Shown one piece after another: positions 56,260-64,000 of a stretch of DNA of 64,000 nucleotides. Under the pieces are notes generated by a model, which was not told the DNA's origin, ran no database searches, and was given only the letters and a program-made list of their open reading frames with translations. Source of the DNA: the human T2T-CHM13v2.0 reference genome, Homo sapiens; NCBI RefSeq assembly GCF_009914755.1, contig NC_060925.1; one strand, written 5' to 3'. Position numbers and translations under genes: made by a program. Within the stretch, counting starts at the first letter, position 1, and every line of letters starts with the position of its first letter.

Positions 56260-56595
56260 GTGTATTGATAAGAATCTGGATTCAAACTGCCTAAGTTGGA
56301 ATCTTGGCTCCCCTCCACTTTTGTTGAGAGATCTTGACTAACGTACTTTAATATCTGCAAGTCTTGGTATTCTCATATAGATGAATGATGGGGCCATTGT
56401 CCAACTAGGAAAATCAGTTTTACTAACTATCAGTAATCAGTTTTACTAACTGATAATAAAACTATCAGTTTTACTAACTATGTACAAATGCAAAATGAAA
56501 TCAATTAAAGGACTAAAGTGAAGTTAATTATATGTATAAAATATAGCCTGTATAGAATGAGCTCTTACTAGATGTTAACGGTTCCTATCTGCTAT
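56260..56595 (+). mobile_element. MIR interrupted by a 110-bp complex insertion
   Basis: ctggattcaaactgcctaagttggaatcttggctc...ttctcat [56377-56486] aatgcaaaatg. The MIR core ctcatctgtaaaatg is split. Confidence 0.7.
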
Positions 56596-58299
56596 CAGCC
56601 CTTTTGGCATTATAAAGGTTATCAACTTCATGGGTTTTTGTTTAACAGTATAGAGCTCATTCAAAGCCAACAGACTTACAGGTCAAACTATTTCAGTCTT
56701 CATCCAAATACAGATCATATCATTCAAATCTTCAACAATAGTAACACATAAGTTCCTACTAATAGGCTGTTACCTTTAATTATCGTAGCAAGTACTGACA
56801 CCATTTTTGACACATTCTATTCCATATTTTTTTCTGTTCTTTATATTATACTTTTGTCATTTTTGGTAAGTAGTTCCTAGAATTAAAATATGCATTACTT
56901 TATAATAAGGAAGAATTGATAGAAATTAAATGAATATCTTAAATTTTCATCATAATTGTTTTTCCTAACTCACCGATGCAAAAGCATTCAAAATGTAATA
57001 TTATGCTTCCACGGGTATATGCTGAAAACTGTTACTGAATAATGGTTCTCTTTTTACCTATACCAGACAATATTGTCAAAAAAACATAAATAACTTTATT
57101 AGCTGTCACTATCTTGCTATTCTTCATCAAAAGACACGGTGGAATGAAGTCTAAATACTAAATAAAGATAGAGCTATATGTATGTGTGTGGGTATATGCA
57201 TATATACACATACATATGCACAGAATAAATTAAAATGGAATGTAAGTTATAAAAATGGAATTTTTTAAAAGATAATGAAGAAATCTTCATCCTGGAAGGG
57301 ATCCTAAGAATCACAGCCCAGTGGCTTTGTTATGCAGATAAGTGCATCTGTGGTCTGAAGAGGTGGGATGAATTGCTTGAGATAATGCAATCATATGTGG
57401 CAGAGAATTCTGGTCTCCTAATTCCCAGGCCAGTGTTTCCTCACTATACTGTCATTAACACACTTACTACTGAGCTTCATTTTAAATTAATTCTGATAGA
57501 AAATCATGAATGTATTTGTGGTGTTAAACATCTCATATTCCCACCATAGTAGCTAAACAGACTCAAATCACAGTTAAACTGATTATCTCTACCTTCTTTA
57601 TTTAACTATATATTATAGTGTTAAAAAAATAACCCCAGATAGACAATTAAAAGATTCACACAGAGAGTTATTGTCTACAAAAGATTTGAAAATAAGGCTG
57701 ACATCTGTTACAAAGAAAGATTAATTAGGTATCATTTTAAATGATGAACTCTGGCTCCATTTCCCATGAGAACAGTTGGTAAATGTACTGTTCTAATTAG
57801 GGATTTGGATCAAAATATCATTTTATTCTAATCATGAAGCCTATTAAGATTTTTATTAATACTATCAGTTTTACTAACTATGTACATCACACATGTTTAT
57901 CTGACAAACACAAATACTTTTCCTCTGGTGAAAAAACAATCTTATGTAAATGATATAATATTTATAGTTAGGGTTATGAATTTAGGGCTAACCTACTACA
58001 TTATAATTCCTTTTTCTTTCATCATATCATGCTTTCTTCATGATATCTTATTAAAAGTATTGTTATTAAAATCTCATAAAATCCTATAAAATAAGTGACA
58101 GAACAAGCAAGACTCTGCCAAGAAGTGTGGCAATCATGGCTGAAATCATGGGCTTGCATTCTCTATGAAGGTCCAGTTCCTCCAAAAGTATTTCCAAAGA
58201 GAAGCACATCCCAGAGTCCCCAGCTTTTATCTATTATCTCTCTAGTTCCACCTAAGTCCAGTCACATGACTTGTCCCAGCTACTGAAGCACAGTTTGGA

Positions 58300-58560
58300 A
58301 AGGCAGTGTGGATAATAGAAAGAACACAGAAATCATAATGTGAGGTCCTGAGATTGAGTTCTGCTTTTCGCTACTTACCAGTTCTATCGCTTTAGGCTAA
58401 TTACTTAAGCCCCTAAACTCTTCATAATTTTATTTTGCCATTTGTAATAATGAGATAGTTATGATGATAATACACTTATTTTTCAAGGGTTATTGTCAGA
58501 ATTAAGTGAGATAATTTTGGGAGGATGACATACAGTGTTATTCAAGGGATCAGTTATTCA
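58300..58560 (+). mobile_element. MIR
   Basis: ggcagtgtggataatagaaagaacacag...ctacttaccagtt...gggttattgtcagaattaagtgagataat. Confidence 0.8.
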
Positions 58561-59085
58561 ATACTTTAAGTAACTCTCCCAGAATTTGTGAATAGCTGTC
58601 TTACACTTTCCAAAAATGTATTACATCAAGATTAGTTGGGGAAAAGAATGGGGAAAGTTAAGATAGAAATACTTGTATATGTGTAATTAAAGACTAAATT
58701 GCTTGCAGGTTTCTACTGATAACGTGCTGATTTTTATAAATGATTATTATTTATGAATTTATTGATGGAGAAGAATTATCTTAATCTTAGAGCAACCAGA
58801 GACAATCTCTTTTTTAAAACATTTCATTATAATTGGCAGGAAAGGAAAATAAAAAAACATCCTATTAAAAAACAGACATTTGGAAAAGCTAGTTACATGA
58901 GGAGGCCTGCCCTGTTGTAAATGCATCCTCAATGATGCATTTACACGTACACAGCATGCTGTCACCTCAAAAAACTAAAAGGTAATGATGGCAGAGATGA
59001 AGCTCACAGGCAAGCCTAATATAGCAGAGAGGTATTTGCTGGATGGATTTCCATAGATGGAAATGAGGGAGCTTTGCAGGAGCAG

Positions 59086-59150
59086 TGTGCATGTGCGTAT
59101 GTGTGTGTGTGTGTTTGTGTGGTGTGTGTGTGTGTCTGTGTGTGTGTGTG
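59086..59150 (+). repeat. Interrupted (GT)n microsatellite
   Basis: Read directly. Confidence 0.92.
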
Positions 59151-59759
59151 GTTTATCTAAAAAACTTACCTAATATATTCCTATTTAGACTCATATGTTT
59201 AAACTCCTTGAAGCAAATTTAGAGCATCTTTCACCCAGCAGGCCAAGAAAACATCTGTGATATCAAGTGATGTTTAGAAAACAGCATTTTAGAATTCAAA
59301 ATAAAATAACTTTTATAGCGATCCATAAAAATACTTATTCTTACAACTTGGATTACTGACTTTGTTGAAGAGAAGAATGCCAGCGAGAAAATTGGCACTA
59401 CATATTAGCTACTAAAATGTTCAAATCTAGACATATTTTAGAAACAGCAATAAAGAAACCAATATTAGCCTTCAAACTGAATATACGTCACAGGGCACAA
59501 CTCAGAGTTAGTGAGACCACAAATAGCTTACTGCTACAAATACAAAATCTACATCAGTCTATTACCAAAAGTTCTAAGCTCAACTAATTATAATCACTCC
59601 CTTGCAAACTACCCCTGTTGGTCTCCTCTCACTGTCTTGTAACTGCTCTGGGAAAACTCTAAGCTGTATAAACCCAGTTATGTGCCTCTAGGCTGTCTCC
59701 TTGAAGGTGAACATCAACGAAGAGATTAGTATAACTGAGCAGATCTGTTTCACCACAAA

Positions 59760-61080
59760 TTTACAACCATTAATCTCTTCTCTTAACAAAGTCCTTTGGC
59801 TCGTATTCTGAGTTCCAGGCTCTCTTGCCTTCCCAAGGAATAACTTCTTTGACTATTCTTTCTTTCTCCTTCATCTTAAACCTCTCCTCTCAGTTGGATT
59901 ATTTATATTAACATATAAGCATGTTTTATTTCTGATCTTCAACAAAATAAAAATGTCTGATCTCCCAATAGTTACTGCTCTAGATTTCTCTGTCTGTTCT
60001 TATCCAACACTTACTTTAGAATATTCTTCTTGTCCTGGTTTCACTTCTACACTTCCTGTTTACCTTTCAACATCAGACATGTCATCTGCCTGCAACACTC
60101 CACCCAAGCCACTCTTGCTAAAGTTGTACTGACCTCCATACAGTTTTTAAGCATTTGACTCAGTTGGCCACTATGTCTCAAAACACAGGCTTCACTGACG
60201 CTGACACCACACTTCCTCCTATTTCTTTGACAACTCTTTCTCAGTCTCTTTTGCTAACAACTCCTCTTTTAAAGTTTTCAATGTTGGAGTTCCTTGGTTT
60301 CAGAGATAGTACTTTTTCTTCTCGCATTAGGTTCTCTTCCTAAAAGGTATCATCCATTCCCATGACTTTAAAGACAGTCTGTGCCAATGACTCCCAAACT
60401 GATATTACTAGTCTGGATCCCCAGAGTTACAGGCTCATATCCAACTAACTACTTCACTCAGTCACTTACATGCTTCTAGGTCCCTGCATACCAATGTGTC
60501 CAATATGGGACACTTATTCTTCCCTCCTCTCTTTCAATGGCTTTCCATTTCATTTAGAATAGAATCCAACCACTTTAACATGGCCTCAAACTCTGCATAA
60601 TCTGGACTTTGTCCAGATCTTCAAACTCATCCCAAGCTTCTATATTGCAACCTCATTGAACCAATTTCAGTTCCTAGAAAACACCAAGCTCTTGCCTCCC
60701 TCGGGTATTGAATATGTTATTTCTTATCTGGACAGCTTCTTCACTTCTTCCCACCCATCAAGTAAGAGTCTTCACTTGGCTAAAATCAACTCATCTATCA
60801 GGGTCCAATTCAAGCATTGTACTCTCCAACTCTCCAAACCAAGATAGTTATCACTCCCCAGATGTTATTCTTTCTTATAGAATTCAGTTAATTTATTTCA
60901 CATAAATTATCACAATGCTTAGCTAAGATCATATGTATGCTATGTCCAACTCTTCTATTAACAGTAGACAATAAACTTCATTTAATAAACCAGTTTTTGT
61001 TTTATTCACCATTATAACACACTGCTTTTTCCGCAGCAAGTGTTCAACATACATGAGTTCCTCAACCAAATGAATAAAAG
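59760..61080 (+). mobile_element. L2 fragments
   Basis: catccattcccatgactttaaa...gccaatgactcccaaact and the terminus gtgttcaacatacat...aaatgaataaa. Confidence 0.7.
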
Positions 61081-61426
61081 TTCATGACTGGCTACATAAG
61101 CAGATGAAGCTACTTAACCTTGTAATAATTCTATATATACTATCCATGTCTATTCGAAATACAAAACATTTCATGTTTTTGTCTCATTTAATACCTGAAT
61201 TTACACTAGGTTTGAGACATGTCCTAACCAACTAGAGAGTTATCCAGTTTACAGAATGTCCCATTTTGTTGTTGCATTTGATATTCCAAACTTATTTTTG
61301 TTAGCAGATAATGAATGAGGCATAGAAAGATAAGACTTGCTAAAATTCACATTTCTAGTAAGAGAGCAGATCTTTAGAATCTCATCTCAAATATTCTTTA
61401 CATTTATAAGACTGCTCCAAAATTAA

Positions 61427-61776
<350 letters not shown>

Positions 61777-62679
61777 CAGAAACACAAATTTAATCTGCCA
61801 CTTATTCCCTTGAAAGACAATTGCAAGAAATATTAACTTTGTTTTTATTAATAACATCAAATTATGAAATTTACCTTCACCACTCCCACCAAGTATAATG
61901 CTAAATAATTTTGTCAGCAAAGCGAAAACCTTTGAAACTATTCTATCTAGGAACAAACTATACTGTCTTGGTTTTTCTGGTTTCATCCACTAGTTAAAAC
62001 TAAAATAATGTGGTAATGGGAAGAATCCCCCTAATTTTGAGGAGAGGAAGTTAAGAAAGTCATAGCTGGTTTGGCCAATCTATTATAATGCTAATGACTT
62101 TCACAAACCTATCCAATAATTAGGTGATCCACATTTTATTTTGATAGTTCTTTTCCAAGTTTAAACATATAAGCAGAAAAACGTATTTATTAGATAATGC
62201 AAGTAGATTATTTATAGTATTATCAAATGTAGACTCACATGGAGCCATTTCTCAAACAGCTGCTCTATTTTATTATTAATAAGAAAATAATAGATAATAT
62301 TTACTGAGTACTTACGAAACTCAATGCACTATCCTAAACTTTTAAAGTGCTACCTTATTTTATTCTTGAACCCCTCTTTAATATAGACATCATTTTATCA
62401 TTTCTTTATAATAATAAATGCTGAATTTCATGGACCAGAAGACTGGATGGACCCCAAGTTTACTCAGCTGGTAGGTTGTTCATCTGAAATTTTAACTTTT
62501 TAAGTTGTGTACTTAAAACGCATTTTCTTAACATGTTGGTAATACTGACCATCTTTGCCTTTTTAGATTATAGTTGACCTTGGTTTTTTTAGCTTCAAGG
62601 TAGTGATTATAGCCCTTTTTTCTGGATGTCTAACATTTTCATGAAAATCCTTTAAAACCTACATTAAGAATGAGTGTCA

Positions 62680-62920
62680 GCTATGAGCATGAAATCAGGC
62701 AGAAGCAAGAAATCCCTTTTTTTTCACTTACTATCTGTTGATCGTGGGCACATTTTCTTACTTCAATAAGCCTCGATTGCCTTGTCTATAAAATAAGGGT
62801 AAAAATAATCATAAGCTACTTCTCATAAGAAATAATTCTCATAAGAAATAATTAATGCATGTTGTTCATCAAGCATGCTCCCTAGCCCATAGGAGATGGC
62901 CAATAGGTGAAGTTCTTATC
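62680..62920 (+). mobile_element. MIR
   Basis: cacttactatctgttgatcgtgggcaca...gcctcgattgccttgtctataaaataaggg. Confidence 0.7.
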
Positions 62921-62954
62921 ATATTTTTCAAAATTTTTTTGAGAAGTATTTGCA

Positions 62955-63093
62955 GGTCCAAAATCATGGCTTAAACACAAGCTGGCTTCACTTTCCCCCA
63001 CAGAAAACTAAAAATAAGTATACAGCACCAATATTATCTCCAGCAATATCCCAGAACTCAAATATGATAGTCAGATCTCAGGGCCACAGAGAA

Positions 63094-63133
<40 letters not shown>

Positions 63134-63660
63134 GAGCCAGTGGTAGGAGAATAGGCTTTGCATGTCTTAGATGCCCCTCCCCGCAATCTTCCTGGCACCA
63201 AGCATGTGAAAAATTTCCCCTAACTCAGTTTCTACACTAGAAAAAGTGAGATTGAGGTGGACAACTGGCTTTTTCACTGTCAGGTTCTTTGTCAGAAGTT
63301 CTGTCCATGCCTCAATCCACACGAAGCAATGTGAGTGCCTGAAGGAAGACATATTTCTGAGGAAAGCTAAAGACAAAAGAGAGGAAACAGGACTATGGTC
63401 CCCACTCCTGGAAATCCTGCTGTATAACTCAGTCAAAGGAGATGCCAAAAAAGAGTGGCTGTTCAGCAGCACTACTCATGAAATGTATGTTCTACAGGTC
63501 CCCTGGGCAGGAACCCACTGCCAGGAGAGTCCCTTTGGAACCTCTGTCTTTCCAGATGGGTCTCACGCTGATCCTTTACTAAAACTGAGGCAAACTTGGC
63601 TTAAGGAGCCATCTAGTGTCAAACAGGAGGCAGTGATCTAGCGGGACAAAAATATAAGAA
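62955..63660 (+). mobile_element. Old L1M-type 5'UTR fragment containing an A33 run (63097-63129)
   Basis: cagtttctacactagaaaaagtgagattgaggtggacaactggcttt resembles L1M2/M3 5' ends. Assigned from memory. Confidence 0.55.
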
Positions 63661-64000
63661 ATTCAACAAGTAAATTACAAAGAATCTCTAAGCAAATATA
63701 TCCAGTAAAAACAATGAATGTTATCTATGAATGGTATGTTCAGAACAATTTGCTATATGTAGAATAATCTTAATTTTTGCTTTTTTATATTTAATACAAA
63801 ATTATTTCAGTCCAAATATTTTCACAGGTAACATGTTTTACCACCATTCAAAGTATCAGTGTTGAACAAATATATTTACAAGTAAAATTGTCAATAAATT
63901 GATTATTTTTATTATTCTTTTGAATGTTTCTCCAAAATCAATAATCCTTTCAATTTCTTTTTATGATACTGAAAATAAATGTATACAAGTAAAACCAAAA

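Noticed and set aside
56411-56486. Short repeat-spacer pattern resembling a CRISPR array or minisatellite
   Set aside because: Only three irregular 16-18-bp units with 5-12-bp gaps, in eukaryotic context, fully explained by copying from 57861-57886.
63097-63129. A33 as tail of a processed pseudogene
   Set aside because: No TSD or upstream poly(A) signal. L1-like 5'UTR sequence continues on both sides, so expansion of an internal A-run is more likely.

Overview
AT-rich, CpG-poor primate (very probably human) intronic or intergenic DNA. No recognisable protein-coding gene, structural RNA gene or CpG island is present. The long ORFs that I can recognise are LINE-1 ORF2 remnants or Alu/L2 read-throughs. 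The window holds a 4.1-kb 5'-truncated L1PA5-like element with decayed ORF2, several older L1 pieces, six Alus with target-site duplications (TSDs), a THE1 solo LTR, older ERVL/MaLR LTR remnants, MER5/MER58-type DNA transposons, many L2/MIR relics and microsatellites. Subfamily names are from recalled consensus features, not a database search. The best-supported oddities are (i) two complex, locally templated insertions (32991-33077 and 56377-56486) that look like fossil template-switching repair scars and (ii) two miniature twin-primed L1 insertions, one polyadenylated inside ORF2. More speculative is a phase-compatible chain of three minus-strand microexon candidates. I cannot name the host locus, and I see no firm evidence for a wholly new biological system.
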